Virus record (IMG/VR): IMGVR_UViG_3300037296_000138
Location: 1-61,305 of that record
Length of the DNA stretch: 61,305 bases
Reading direction: 5' to 3' (one strand)
DNA from: a virus
Taxonomy: Duplodnaviria; Caudoviricetes
Positions 8,485-17,797 of the stretch are shown in pieces. Every line of letters starts with the position of its first letter. Within the stretch, counting starts at the first letter, position 1. A program made the translations under genes and the position numbers. Below the pieces are notes generated by a model. That model did not search any database and was not told the origin of the DNA. It saw only the letters and a program-made list of their open reading frames with translations.

Positions 8485-8515
8485 GCCCTCTCACCTCATG
8501 GTGGGAGGGTTATTC
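8485..8515 (+). terminator. Stem-loop
   Basis: gccctctcacc-tcat-ggtgggagggt followed by tatt. Confidence 0.55.
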
Positions 8516-8533
8516 AATTCCTTGGAGGCAACC

Positions 8534-8791
8534 ATGTTTGCTAAACTATTCACTACGACCCTTGGCCAATGCCTAGTCGAGACTGTCGACGGCGATGACG
8601 AGGACGGTAATTACCGCTTCGGTCTGCGCATTCGCTTGGACACTGTCCCACCATTCGAAGGCGTCACTGCCTGTATGGATTCTATCTTCAACTACGGCGA
8701 TATGGAATCTGGCGAGCAAGCCCGGGACAAGCGGTTCGAAGCATTCGACCAAGCTGAAGCCGATACGTTGGCTCTCAAAGGCGTCAGCTGA
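8534..8791 (+). CDS. Hypothetical protein
   Basis: GGAGG RBS before ATG 8534. Confidence 0.7.
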   Translation: MFAKLFTTTLGQCLVETVDGDDEDGNYRFGLRIRLDTVPPFEGVTACMDSIFNYGDMESGEQARDKRFEAFDQAEADTLALKGVS

Positions 8792-8976
8792 TGGAGCGCT
8801 TCTATTACGTCGATGACGTGAAGATGGAAGTCTATGTTCATCCCCAGCCTATGAACATCATTCCCAAGGATGTTCGTTTGCTTGGTTCAACCGACAATGA
8901 ACGCATCAAGATGGCAGCCGCTGCATTCCTTAAGCAGCAACCTGGCTATTCCATCTTCGATTACACGGGAGAGTAA
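8791..8976 (+). CDS. Hypothetical protein
   Basis: TGATG coupling. Confidence 0.65.
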   Translation: MERFYYVDDVKMEVYVHPQPMNIIPKDVRLLGSTDNERIKMAAAAFLKQQPGYSIFDYTGE

Positions 8977-8980
8977 TTCC

Positions 8981-9559
8981 ATGCTCAAATTTAAAGTAGG
9001 CGACCAGGTTCGCCTTAACCGTGGCAAAACCAAGATGACTGTTCTGGGCTATACGCCCGCAGGATTGGCTATTGCCAGCTACCTCTCCGAGCTGAACTCA
9101 GACGATTTCAAATATCCGATGGCAGCTTATTCCACCCAACACCGTCCCGAATACGAATTCGTTGCCTGGGACGGTCATCCTCTAGCCCGAACACTGGATC
9201 AAATCATGACACCTAAAGAACTCTACAACATTGTTTACCCTGGCTATAACTCCACGGTGCAATACAACAAGATCGGCGAGACCGCCAAAGGTCTCCTCGT
9301 TCTTGAAAACGACCTTGGCAACGTCATGACGTTCGAAACACGCTATTGCGTCAAGGTCGAGATCAAGACCTTTGCTGCCAAAGTCGTAGGCGCCCACCAC
9401 ACTTGCCATTACGCCTTGGCTCATGGTGAGACCGTCGAGCAGAACGACCTGCTGATGTCCAAGTCAGGCAACCTGTATACCGTCACCGCGGTGGACACGC
9501 GTGCTCGCTCTGTGAAGAAGACCTTTGAAGGTCATCGCATGGTTCGCCAAGACCTCTGA
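8981..9559 (+). CDS. Hypothetical protein (N-terminal FKVGDQVRL, SH3/YodC-like start)
   Basis: GGAG RBS before ATG 8981. Confidence 0.7.
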   Translation: MLKFKVGDQVRLNRGKTKMTVLGYTPAGLAIASYLSELNSDDFKYPMAAYSTQHRPEYEFVAWDGHPLARTLDQIMTPKELYNIVYPGYNSTVQYNKIGETAKGLLVLENDLGNVMTFETRYCVKVEIKTFAAKVVGAHHTCHYALAHGETVEQNDLLMSKSGNLYTVTAVDTRARSVKKTFEGHRMVRQDL

Positions 9560-9741
9560 TGCGGCTATACCGCGTCGTGGTCGACAACTATCTGGAACCA
9601 ATGGATCCCGCTCCCCATACCGAGAACGTGCATACGCATCGGATCGAGGGCGGTATCCTGGTTCTGATCGGTGTTGGTTTCACCCAATACGTCAAGCTCG
9701 GAGAGACTGATTTCGCCACTGTATCCGCTCAGGATCTGTGA
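9559..9741 (+). CDS. Hypothetical protein
   Basis: TGATG coupling. Confidence 0.6.
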   Translation: MRLYRVVVDNYLEPMDPAPHTENVHTHRIEGGILVLIGVGFTQYVKLGETDFATVSAQDL

Positions 9742-9941
9742 CTGATATCGGCTTCTGGGTGATGATAGCTGTCCTAGAATCCCACCCCAGTGAAGAGGCA
9801 TGCCGCGTGCGGCTGCCCATCGCTATCGAATACGCAGCAGAGCATGGCGACGAAGACGTCATCTTCTCCTGCGTCCCTGCCTCATTGGCACCCACAGAGG
9901 TGCTGCGACCCACACTTAGACCAAAATGGAATGCATTATGA
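9738..9941 (+). CDS. Hypothetical protein
   Basis: GTGA coupling. Confidence 0.55.
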   Translation: MTDIGFWVMIAVLESHPSEEACRVRLPIAIEYAAEHGDEDVIFSCVPASLAPTEVLRPTLRPKWNAL

Positions 9942-10561
9942 CTGACGTTCGCAATATGATCTGGATCCCCTTGTTCGGCGAAGCCCCCAAAGGCAAGGTT
10001 GACCTCTGGGTCAAAGACGACTCCCTGCCCAATGGTGGTGATCGTTTCCCTAACATGGAATTCCGCGAGGGCGATGCCAAACAGCCAAGCGACTGGTCCG
10101 GCGACATGCTCGACCTGTCCGACATGTCCTACGGCCTGGACGACGTGACACACTACATGTTCATCGCCGGCCCTGAGCCACTGCCTGAACCAACAGAAGA
10201 GCCTGAAGAGGTTGAGGATGAGTATAGTCCAGCCGGCCTGTCCGAAGCGCTGACCGAGGTGCGCGCCGAACTGCTGCTCAAGGTCCAGCAAGACCGCCTG
10301 CTCAAAGATGATGCTACCACGGTCTTCACCATCGGCTTTTCCGGCTATGGCGACAGCGGTGACGTTGACGAACTGTCCGGCGACGATCAGATTGACGCCT
10401 TCCTGCAGGCTGTCATGAAGGAGCATGTCCACTTCGATTGGTATAACAACGATGGCGGCGGCGGTGACATCACCTGGGACATCACCAAAGATGAAATCCT
10501 CATCAATGGCTACCAGAACGAAACCATCTCCAATTCCATCATGGCCGAGTTCGAAGTCTGA
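9938..10561 (+). CDS. Acidic protein with a C-terminal DUF6878-like domain
   Basis: FSGYGDSG and WYNNDGGGG motifs. Confidence 0.65.
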   Translation: MTDVRNMIWIPLFGEAPKGKVDLWVKDDSLPNGGDRFPNMEFREGDAKQPSDWSGDMLDLSDMSYGLDDVTHYMFIAGPEPLPEPTEEPEEVEDEYSPAGLSEALTEVRAELLLKVQQDRLLKDDATTVFTIGFSGYGDSGDVDELSGDDQIDAFLQAVMKEHVHFDWYNNDGGGGDITWDITKDEILINGYQNETISNSIMAEFEV

Positions 10562-10914
10562 TGTCCCATCCTCTGCAACACGCCATGTCCTCTGCAGCCT
10601 CCTTCGGGGGTGTTGCAGAGGATTACATCGATATCCATAATTGGTTCGATTGCACAAAAGCCCATGAGCCCACATTCCGTCACCGGGCTCTGCGGCACCA
10701 CACCCTTGGCATCTTCGAATGCGAGAAGGAATTCGGAATCTATATCACCAACTCGGATGGTAAAAAAGTTCCTGTTCGCGTCATCGGTGAGCAGCATGTC
10801 AAAGAAGACTTTTCTGGATTCATTCCTACTGTCCAGGATTGGCTCGAAGGCATCCCAGCTAAAGATTGGATGCGTCCTCGAGAGAAGAACATCACCACAA
10901 CCCAAATCCTTTAG
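10561..10914 (+). CDS. DUF6915-like His-rich protein
   Basis: HPLQHAMSS..FGG, IHNWFD.TK, HRALRHH, GEQHVKED. Confidence 0.7.
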   Translation: MSHPLQHAMSSAASFGGVAEDYIDIHNWFDCTKAHEPTFRHRALRHHTLGIFECEKEFGIYITNSDGKKVPVRVIGEQHVKEDFSGFIPTVQDWLEGIPAKDWMRPREKNITTTQIL

Positions 10915-10922
10915 GAGCTGTC

Positions 10923-11558
10923 ATGACTACCCTAGACCATGCTACATTTATACGTGATACTCGGAACCATAAGATGACGGTCCAATTGGATCAAGGTATC
11001 CACCGCCATTTGCGCTTTGCTAAGCCTGGCACCAACAACATGTATTTCAACTTGAACACATGGCCTGGGTTTATTTCAATCACCGGTGATATGGGAGACT
11101 ATGTCTTCCAGCGGACCAACGACATGTTTGAATTCATGCGTGATTCCAACATGCAAGGCAAGATCAACCAGCAATACTGGGCTGAGAAAGTCGTCGCCGA
11201 ATCCACCCAGTCCCCACGGATGCAATTCTCCAATCGTAAATTCAGAGAAGCTACGATCCATGCATCCGAGGATTGGGAGACCACCCTCAAGGAAGCTCCT
11301 GCTCTGCAAGCTGAATTGGAAAACGATGTCTATACCATTGGATTCTCCAATGAACACGAAGCTTACGAGTTCATCCAGGATTACATAACCAATGATGGAC
11401 GGCATTTCGAAGACTTCGACTACTCCCTCAAGGAATACGGATATCATTACACATGGTGCCTCCGTGCAATTGTATGGGGCATCAAACAATACGATCTTCT
11501 AAAGGAAGATCGGACCCAAGCTGATTACGATCGGCGTGTCCTAGCAGGAGAACTCTGA
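10923..11558 (+). CDS. Conserved phage hypothetical protein
   Basis: AGGAG RBS; HRHLRF..PG...YF...TWPG.I.ITGDMG.YVF motif. Confidence 0.75.
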   Translation: MTTLDHATFIRDTRNHKMTVQLDQGIHRHLRFAKPGTNNMYFNLNTWPGFISITGDMGDYVFQRTNDMFEFMRDSNMQGKINQQYWAEKVVAESTQSPRMQFSNRKFREATIHASEDWETTLKEAPALQAELENDVYTIGFSNEHEAYEFIQDYITNDGRHFEDFDYSLKEYGYHYTWCLRAIVWGIKQYDLLKEDRTQADYDRRVLAGEL

Positions 11559-11785
11559 TGGCCGATTCATCTATGCAAGCCACGCTCAATAACTTTGAGC
11601 GTGAGTTTCTAAATGCTGAAACTACCTATGATCGTTGGCGCGTATTCCAGCGTGTTTCGGCCTGGGCTTCCACTGCATCCGAGCTGGCTGAAGAACGCCA
11701 AAAGGATTGCATTGCCTATCGCAAAGCCATCAAAGAGACCACCGCAGAGCTCGATCATCTGCGCAAAGAACTGGATGGGGATTGA
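11558..11785 (+). CDS. Hypothetical coiled-coil protein
   Basis: TGATG coupling; AGGAG RBS. Confidence 0.7.
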   Translation: MADSSMQATLNNFEREFLNAETTYDRWRVFQRVSAWASTASELAEERQKDCIAYRKAIKETTAELDHLRKELDGD

Positions 11786-11788
11786 GCC

Positions 11789-12010
11789 ATGAACATCGGT
11801 ATCGAACGCAACACCGTCATGCCCATCGCCATCCAGGCATACTTTGCTCAGACGCAGCCGAGCCCGACTGAAGCACCCCATGCTCAGGAGATCCCACGGC
11901 AGACATTCCTGACTGCTGCAATGGCAAATCCACAGGTTGTGATCCACTTCGATGACATCCATGAGAGCCTATACCTGCGGTATGATCTGCCCAGGATACC
12001 TGTTCTTTAG
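11789..12010 (+). CDS. Hypothetical protein
   Basis: Tandem ORF. Confidence 0.55.
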   Translation: MNIGIERNTVMPIAIQAYFAQTQPSPTEAPHAQEIPRQTFLTAAMANPQVVIHFDDIHESLYLRYDLPRIPVL

Positions 12011-12088
12011 GACACAATCCGCTTGCTCTAGTTTGACTTTTCGTAAGATCAGTGAAACCATATTGCTTAGTTCAGACGTTAGTGTAGC

Positions 12089-12115
12089 AAGGTCGGCAGA
12101 TTGATTGCCGACCTT
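12089..12115 (+). promoter_or_regulatory. Perfect 10-bp intergenic stem-loop
   Basis: aaggtcggca-gattgat-tgccgacctt. Confidence 0.55.
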
Positions 12116-12143
12116 TACCGCAACCCTTTAGAGGAATTTTATT

Positions 12144-12344
12144 ATGGCCCATGCCGAAGCAGACTTTGTCCACGCACCCCTTTCCAAATCCGGCACGGCT
12201 CCCTCTAAGCCAAACGTGCATGTTCTCCGGGCTGATCCCAAGAATCGCCCCGTTTCTGACGAACTGTATATCCCCAATTTCCAGTCGATCTGTGCCGCCA
12301 CGTTGGGCATGATCATCTTTCTGGCCTTGACCGGCTTCTGGTAA
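12144..12344 (+). CDS. Small C-terminally anchored membrane protein
   Basis: GAGGA RBS; hydrophobic C-terminus. Confidence 0.6.
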   Translation: MAHAEADFVHAPLSKSGTAPSKPNVHVLRADPKNRPVSDELYIPNFQSICAATLGMIIFLALTGFW

Positions 12345-12383
12345 GTTGTCAGCTTGGTTCTCGCTTTCATAGAGGAGAGAACC

Positions 12384-13052
12384 ATGAAAAGTGAAGAAGC
12401 CCTTGAACAGGAACTGCAAGACAAAGGTCTTACATTTCCACGAGTTACCCCAGGCATGTTGGACGACCAAATTGCCCGGGTGCTCTACCACGTCCCTGAA
12501 GACACAACGCTAACCATCTGCACGCTCGTCCTGCAGAACGGTTACACGGTCACCGCGGAATCCGCATGTGCTGACCCTCGCAACTTCGATCCCCAGATCG
12601 GCCGCGACATCTCCTACGAGAATGCGCGCAAGAAGATCTGGCAGCTGGAGGGCTATGCCCTCAAGTCGATGCTCACCAACTACACCGAAGACCTGTCCGC
12701 TCCCGAGCATGACATGACCCGCATCGCCAAGGTCTGTCACGAGGTCAACCGTGTCTGGTGCATGATGAACGGCGATTTCAGCCAGCCCAGCTGGACGAAC
12801 GCCCCACAGTGGCAGATCGACTCTGCTCTCTTGGGTGTCCAATTCCATATGGATCACCCCGATGCCGGCGACGCCGCATCACATAATTCTTGGCTCACCC
12901 AAAAGATCAACGATGGTTGGTCCTATGGTGAAACCAAGGATCCGGAACTTAAGCAGCATCCCTGCATGGTTCCATTCGAAGAGCTTCCCGAATTCCAACA
13001 GAAGAAGGATGCTCTATTCCGATCGGTGATTCACGCTTTGCTCCCCGGCTAA
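12384..13052 (+). CDS. Phage Gp49/Sf6-gp66 family (Acb4-like) domain fused to a RyR domain
   Basis: N-terminal LTIC..VLQNGYTVTAESACADPRNFD..IG...ENARKKIWQLEGY; C-terminal HNSW...K..DGWSYG..KD...KQHPCMVPFEELP..QQKKD. Confidence 0.85.
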   Translation: MKSEEALEQELQDKGLTFPRVTPGMLDDQIARVLYHVPEDTTLTICTLVLQNGYTVTAESACADPRNFDPQIGRDISYENARKKIWQLEGYALKSMLTNYTEDLSAPEHDMTRIAKVCHEVNRVWCMMNGDFSQPSWTNAPQWQIDSALLGVQFHMDHPDAGDAASHNSWLTQKINDGWSYGETKDPELKQHPCMVPFEELPEFQQKKDALFRSVIHALLPG

Positions 13053-13078
13053 GCAGCTATCCCTAGTAGCACCGATCT

Positions 13079-13120
13079 AAAGGCAGTGACCCCTAATAGG
13101 GTTGCTGCCTTTTTCTTTTT
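13079..13120 (+). terminator. Intrinsic terminator
   Basis: aaaggcagtgaccc-ctaata-gggttgctgccttt followed by a long T run. Confidence 0.85.
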
Positions 13121-13132
13121 GAGGACATCAAT

Positions 13133-13444
13133 ATGCCAATACCTGATTACCAAGGCTTCGCTGCAGAAATCATGAAAGAGTGGTATGAGCACTGGGACGT
13201 AGAGTCCTCAGTTCTGATAGGCACCGCTGTCAAATATGGTCTCATTGTTCCTATTCCTGGTGGCTTCAATTCTGAAGTCCACACCCCAGATGATTCATAT
13301 CCTGAGCCGGGAGACACCTGGTACAAATCCAATTTCACCCCACCAATTCCCGAGGAGGAACTCCATGCCACAGAAGATTACTGTCGAACTTGTCCCCGAA
13401 ACCTCGTTCGGCAAAAATTTGAGAAGCCGGTTTACTCAGGCTGA
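13133..13444 (+). CDS. Hypothetical protein
   Basis: GAGGA RBS; overlaps the next gene by 80 nt. Confidence 0.6.
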   Translation: MPIPDYQGFAAEIMKEWYEHWDVESSVLIGTAVKYGLIVPIPGGFNSEVHTPDDSYPEPGDTWYKSNFTPPIPEEELHATEDYCRTCPRNLVRQKFEKPVYSG

Positions 13445-13811
13445 TTGGGGTATCATCCGGCGCTACTGCTATCAGGAGAACGGCTACGTCTGCCAGCTCT
13501 GCGGCGGAGTAGGCCCACAGCACCCCGTAGAGGCCCATGAGACCTGGTCCTACGACATGGGCACACAAACCCTCGAGGACATCATGTGCCTGTGCCCTGA
13601 CTGCCACCTGGCCCACCATCCAGGCTTCGCTGCCACCATCGGCAAAGAGCAAGTCGCCCTGAGCCAACTGATGAAGGTCAACGAGTGGAGCAAAGCCCAG
13701 GCTATGCAGCACCACGATGATGCCTTTAAGATCTGGCAGGAGCGATCCAAGCGCAAATGGATCCTCGACATCTCACCCGCAACCAAGCTGCTTGCAGCTC
13801 TCAAGGAGTAG
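13365..13811 (+). CDS. HNH-type Zn-binding endonuclease-like protein
   Basis: ELVP, CQLCGG, EAHETW, LCPDCHLAHH; GAGGAGG RBS. Confidence 0.8.
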   Translation: MPQKITVELVPETSFGKNLRSRFTQADWGIIRRYCYQENGYVCQLCGGVGPQHPVEAHETWSYDMGTQTLEDIMCLCPDCHLAHHPGFAATIGKEQVALSQLMKVNEWSKAQAMQHHDDAFKIWQERSKRKWILDISPATKLLAALKE

Positions 13812-13816
13812 ATCTG

Positions 13817-13903
13817 ATGAAGTTCACATGGCCTATGGCTATCCTTATCATCACCATTCTGCTGGTCACATTTGCTGGCCAGTGGATCGTCGAACTGATC
13901 TAG
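13817..13903 (+). CDS. 28-aa hydrophobic peptide
   Basis: AAGGAG RBS; MKFTWPMAILIITILLVTFAGQWIVELI*. Confidence 0.5.
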   Translation: MKFTWPMAILIITILLVTFAGQWIVELI

Positions 13904-13984
13904 ACAGGTCACGTTCATCTGCTAGAACCGTGGATTCTACATCATATGGTTCTAGCAACCACCCAACCCCCCAAGGAAAGTGTT

Positions 13985-16321
13985 ATGTCAACTTTTACCG
14001 TCCCGATTGCTAAGCAAATCTGGGACCAGAAATATCGCTTCAAAGAAGCTGATGGGACACCCATCGACGATACCGTGGAAGACAGCTGGGACCGTATCTC
14101 TGGAGCCCTAGCCGTCGCAGAAGATTCTGGATCCAACGACAAGACCAACGTCGGCGCTGTTCTCGAACACGCCAACACGTTCTACAATGTCCTGTCAGAT
14201 TTCAAATTCCTACCTGCTGGCCGTATCACCGCCGGCGCCGGCACTGGCCGCCAAGTCACCCTGTTCAACTGCTTCGTGATGGGAACCATCCCAGACAGCA
14301 TGAGCGGTATCTTTGATATGCTCAAGGAAGCTGCGCTGACCATGCAACAAGGCGGTGGCATCGGCTACGACTTTAGTACCATCCGGCCGAAGAACGCTCT
14401 GGTCGAAGGCGTAGCTGCAGACGCATCCGGCCCGCTTACATTCATGGATTGCTGGGACGCGATGTGCCGCACTGTCATGTCTGCCGGCTCCCGCCGCGGT
14501 GCCATGATGGCTACAATGTCGGATAGTCATCCGGACGTTGAAGACTTCATCGTTGCCAAGCAAGAAGCCTCCAAGCTGCGCATGTTCAACATGTCGGTTC
14601 TAATCTCAGATGCATTCATGCATGCTGTGAAAACGAACCAATCGTGGGATCTGCACTTCACCGACAAGCACGGCGTCCGCACTGTCTACAAGACCGTCAG
14701 TGCCTTGAAGATGTGGAACGACATCATGGCGTCGACATACGATTTCGCCGAGCCAGGCGTCATCTTCATTGACCGCATCAACCGCAAGAACAACTTGAAC
14801 TATTGCGAGCTGATCGCTGCCACCAACCCTTGCGGTGAACAGCCTCTGCCACCCTACGGTGCCTGCCTTCTTGGCTCCATGAACATGGCCAAGTATGTGA
14901 AGCATCCCTTCACCGGCGCTTCTGTCATTGACTACCTCAATCTCGAGCGTGACGTGGCCACAGCCATCCGGATGATGGACAACGTCGTTGACGTCAGTCT
15001 CTTCCCTCTGGATGCACAGCGCGCCGAAGCCAAAGCCAAGCGTCGTCTGGGACTGGGTGTCACCGGTATCGGCGACATGCTGATTATGCTAGGTAAGGTT
15101 TACGGCTCAGAGGATGCAGCACAAATCGTTGATTCAGTGATGTATACCATTGCCCGGGCTGCCTACTGGGCATCAGTCGAGCTGGCCAAAGAGAAGGGTG
15201 CATTTCCACTCTTCGAAGCAGACGCCTATCTCCATGAGCACTCTGCTGTCATGGACATCTGCCGTGAGGATTCAGATCTCGAGGATGCTATCCGTACATA
15301 TGGTATCCGCAACGCTCTGCTGACCTCCATCGCACCCACCGGCACCATCTCGATGTATGCCGGCAACGTGTCCTCCGGGATCGAGCCTGTGTTCGCTTAC
15401 GAATACACCCGCAAGATCCTGAACAAGGATGGTAGCCACCGCTTCGAGGCTGTCACCGACTATGCCCTCAATGCTTATCGTCAGTTCTGTGATGACAACG
15501 GCATGGACGTTCCTGACGTGAACAACCTGCCGCCCGAGTTCGTATCGGCTCAGACCCTGCCGCCGGAAGCCCATATCCGTATGCAGGCTGCAGCTCAGAA
15601 ATGGGTCGACAGCTCGATCTCCAAGACCATCAACCTGCCCAAAGACATCAGCTTTGAAGACTTCAAGGCTGTCTACATGTCGGCATGGGACCAGGGCTGC
15701 AAAGGCTGCACCACCTACCGGCCAAACGATGTGACCGGTTCGGTGTTGATGATCAACGAGGAACCAAAGCCAGAACCCTTGGTCGCCCCTGAAGGCTTCT
15801 CTGGGGGTATTGCACCTCGTGTCGAAGATTTGCAGGGTCACACCTACAAAATCAAAATGGCGCACGACGATCCAGCCACCTATGTCACGCTGAACTATCT
15901 GGAAACAGACGGCGTGAAGAAGCCATTCGAGATCTTCATCAATTCGAAGAGCGTCGATCACTTCGTATGGGCGGTTGCTCTGACACGCACCATTTCGGCG
16001 GTCTTCCGTTCCTCACCAGATTCCACATTCTTGGTTGAAGAGTTGAAGTCTGTCTTTGATCCAAAAGGCGGCGCATGGATGGGCGGGAAGTATGTCCCCT
16101 CGATCATCGCAGCTATTGGCGGCGCCATTGAGCGCTTCATGCTGGAAATCGGTTATATTGATTCCCCAGCTGATGTCGTTCCCGCGGCAGCCGGCGAGAA
16201 TGACCCAACCATCGAGCGTGTTGGTGCTCCTGAGCTTTGCCAGAAGTGCCACAGTTCTAATCTCAAATTCGAGAATGGGTGTCCGACCTGTCTCGATTGC
16301 GGCCACAGCAAGTGTGGTTAA
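13985..16321 (+). CDS. nrdJ: Class II (adenosylcobalamin-dependent) ribonucleotide reductase
   Basis: PAGRI, NCFV, TNPCGEQPL, IAPTGTIS, GCKGCTTYR; C-terminal TSCPD-like domain and Cys ribbon; no beta subunit present. Confidence 0.95.
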   Translation: MSTFTVPIAKQIWDQKYRFKEADGTPIDDTVEDSWDRISGALAVAEDSGSNDKTNVGAVLEHANTFYNVLSDFKFLPAGRITAGAGTGRQVTLFNCFVMGTIPDSMSGIFDMLKEAALTMQQGGGIGYDFSTIRPKNALVEGVAADASGPLTFMDCWDAMCRTVMSAGSRRGAMMATMSDSHPDVEDFIVAKQEASKLRMFNMSVLISDAFMHAVKTNQSWDLHFTDKHGVRTVYKTVSALKMWNDIMASTYDFAEPGVIFIDRINRKNNLNYCELIAATNPCGEQPLPPYGACLLGSMNMAKYVKHPFTGASVIDYLNLERDVATAIRMMDNVVDVSLFPLDAQRAEAKAKRRLGLGVTGIGDMLIMLGKVYGSEDAAQIVDSVMYTIARAAYWASVELAKEKGAFPLFEADAYLHEHSAVMDICREDSDLEDAIRTYGIRNALLTSIAPTGTISMYAGNVSSGIEPVFAYEYTRKILNKDGSHRFEAVTDYALNAYRQFCDDNGMDVPDVNNLPPEFVSAQTLPPEAHIRMQAAAQKWVDSSISKTINLPKDISFEDFKAVYMSAWDQGCKGCTTYRPNDVTGSVLMINEEPKPEPLVAPEGFSGGIAPRVEDLQGHTYKIKMAHDDPATYVTLNYLETDGVKKPFEIFINSKSVDHFVWAVALTRTISAVFRSSPDSTFLVEELKSVFDPKGGAWMGGKYVPSIIAAIGGAIERFMLEIGYIDSPADVVPAAAGENDPTIERVGAPELCQKCHSSNLKFENGCPTCLDCGHSKCG

Positions 16322-16343
16322 TCACCTAGGAAAGGACATATCT

Positions 16344-16673
16344 ATGCCTGAACCAAAAGAAACCAAAGCCGAAGCATTTGCCCGGCTTGCTGAGAAACGA
16401 GTCCCGAATGCAGCTAATGCAATTCGCCTCGTCGGTCAGCTTGGTTCCTCTAACTACGAGGCATCTGCTCAAGGGATTACTGAAATTCAGCAATTCCTGC
16501 AGACCTCGCTGGACGAAGCAATGACTGCCCTCGGCGTCAAAGCTCGCTCCGGACCAACCGCTCCCGATTACAGCGGTCCAGAGTGGAAACTGGCAGACGA
16601 AGCCATGACTGCTCTGATCGAAAACGACACCGACGTGGCGCTGGCAAAGCTCAAAGCAGCTTTCGGCCACTGA
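16344..16673 (+). CDS. Small helical hypothetical protein (F.RLAEKRV...IRL.G)
   Basis: AAGGA RBS before ATG 16344. Confidence 0.75.
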   Translation: MPEPKETKAEAFARLAEKRVPNAANAIRLVGQLGSSNYEASAQGITEIQQFLQTSLDEAMTALGVKARSGPTAPDYSGPEWKLADEAMTALIENDTDVALAKLKAAFGH

Positions 16674-16690
16674 CCACTGGTGCATTACAG

Positions 16691-16725
16691 AAGGGGAGGC
16701 GGGGATAATCCTCGTCTCCTTTTTT
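16691..16725 (+). terminator. Intrinsic terminator
   Basis: ggggaggcgggga-taa-tcctcgtctcc followed by a T run. Confidence 0.8.
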
Positions 16726-16765
16726 GCTGTCTAATTCTTCAATTCAATTCTCTAAGGAACACCCA

Positions 16766-17785
16766 ATGGAAATCACTGTCTCCCCAACCCAGCTCGCCGA
16801 AGAAATCATGGTCACCATCTCTGCAGGCCTCGTGCCCTATGTGACCTCTTCGCCAGGCATGGGTAAATCCTCGATCGTTGCCCAAGTCGCCAAGATGGGC
16901 AAACTGAAGATGATCGATCTTCGCCTCAGCCAATGTATGCCAGAAGACCTTCAGGGCTTCCCGATGCGCAATGGCGACAAGGCCACATTCACCCCGTTCG
17001 ACATGTTCCCGCTGGAAGGCGAAGAGATCCCCGAAGGCTATGACGGCTGGTTGCTGCTGCTGGACGAACTGTCCTCTGCCGGCAAGCAGACCCAGGCTGC
17101 AGCCTACAAGCTGATCCTCGACAAGATGGTCGGCTCCTACAACCTGCACCCTGCCTGCGCGATGGTAGCCGCCGGTAACAAGGCGTCTGACAAAGCCGTC
17201 GTCGTCAAGATGTCCACTGCGCTGCAGTCCCGTCTGGTTCACTATGAGCTGGAAGTCTCGCACCGTGACTGGATGGACTGGGCGATTGATGCTGGCATCG
17301 ACTATCGCATCACCGGCTTCATCGAATTCAAGCCGAACGCTCTGATGGACTTCAACCCTGACCACACGGACAAAACCTTCTCGTGCCCACGGACACTGGA
17401 AATGTTGAGCTCCCTGGTCATCGGCCGTGATGTCTCTAACGCCATTCTGCCCCGCGTTGCTGGAACCATCGGCAAGGGCCAAGGCGTCGAGTTCATTGCA
17501 TTTGCTGAAGAATTCGACCGGCTGCCAAGCTTCTCCAAGATCTGCACCGATCCGGATGCTGTCGAGGTTCCAAAAGAGCCATCGACCAAGTTCGCTACGA
17601 TCTCGATGCTGATGGAAAAGCACGCCGACGGTGATATGGATAACATCCTGAAATACCTGAAGCGCTTTGCGCCTGACTTCCAGATCATCTTCGCGCGCGG
17701 CGTGAATGCCAAATCCCCACGGATGCGGTCTGATCACAAAGGGTTCTCGCAATTCCTGCTGAGCATCCTCAACTCCCTGAAATAA
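16766..17785 (+). CDS. MoxR-like AAA+ ATPase (N4 gp24-like)
   Basis: SPGMGKS, LLLLDE, AAGN, ALQSR. Confidence 0.9.
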   Translation: MEITVSPTQLAEEIMVTISAGLVPYVTSSPGMGKSSIVAQVAKMGKLKMIDLRLSQCMPEDLQGFPMRNGDKATFTPFDMFPLEGEEIPEGYDGWLLLLDELSSAGKQTQAAAYKLILDKMVGSYNLHPACAMVAAGNKASDKAVVVKMSTALQSRLVHYELEVSHRDWMDWAIDAGIDYRITGFIEFKPNALMDFNPDHTDKTFSCPRTLEMLSSLVIGRDVSNAILPRVAGTIGKGQGVEFIAFAEEFDRLPSFSKICTDPDAVEVPKEPSTKFATISMLMEKHADGDMDNILKYLKRFAPDFQIIFARGVNAKSPRMRSDHKGFSQFLLSILNSLK

Positions 17786-17797
17786 GGAACTGCCCCG

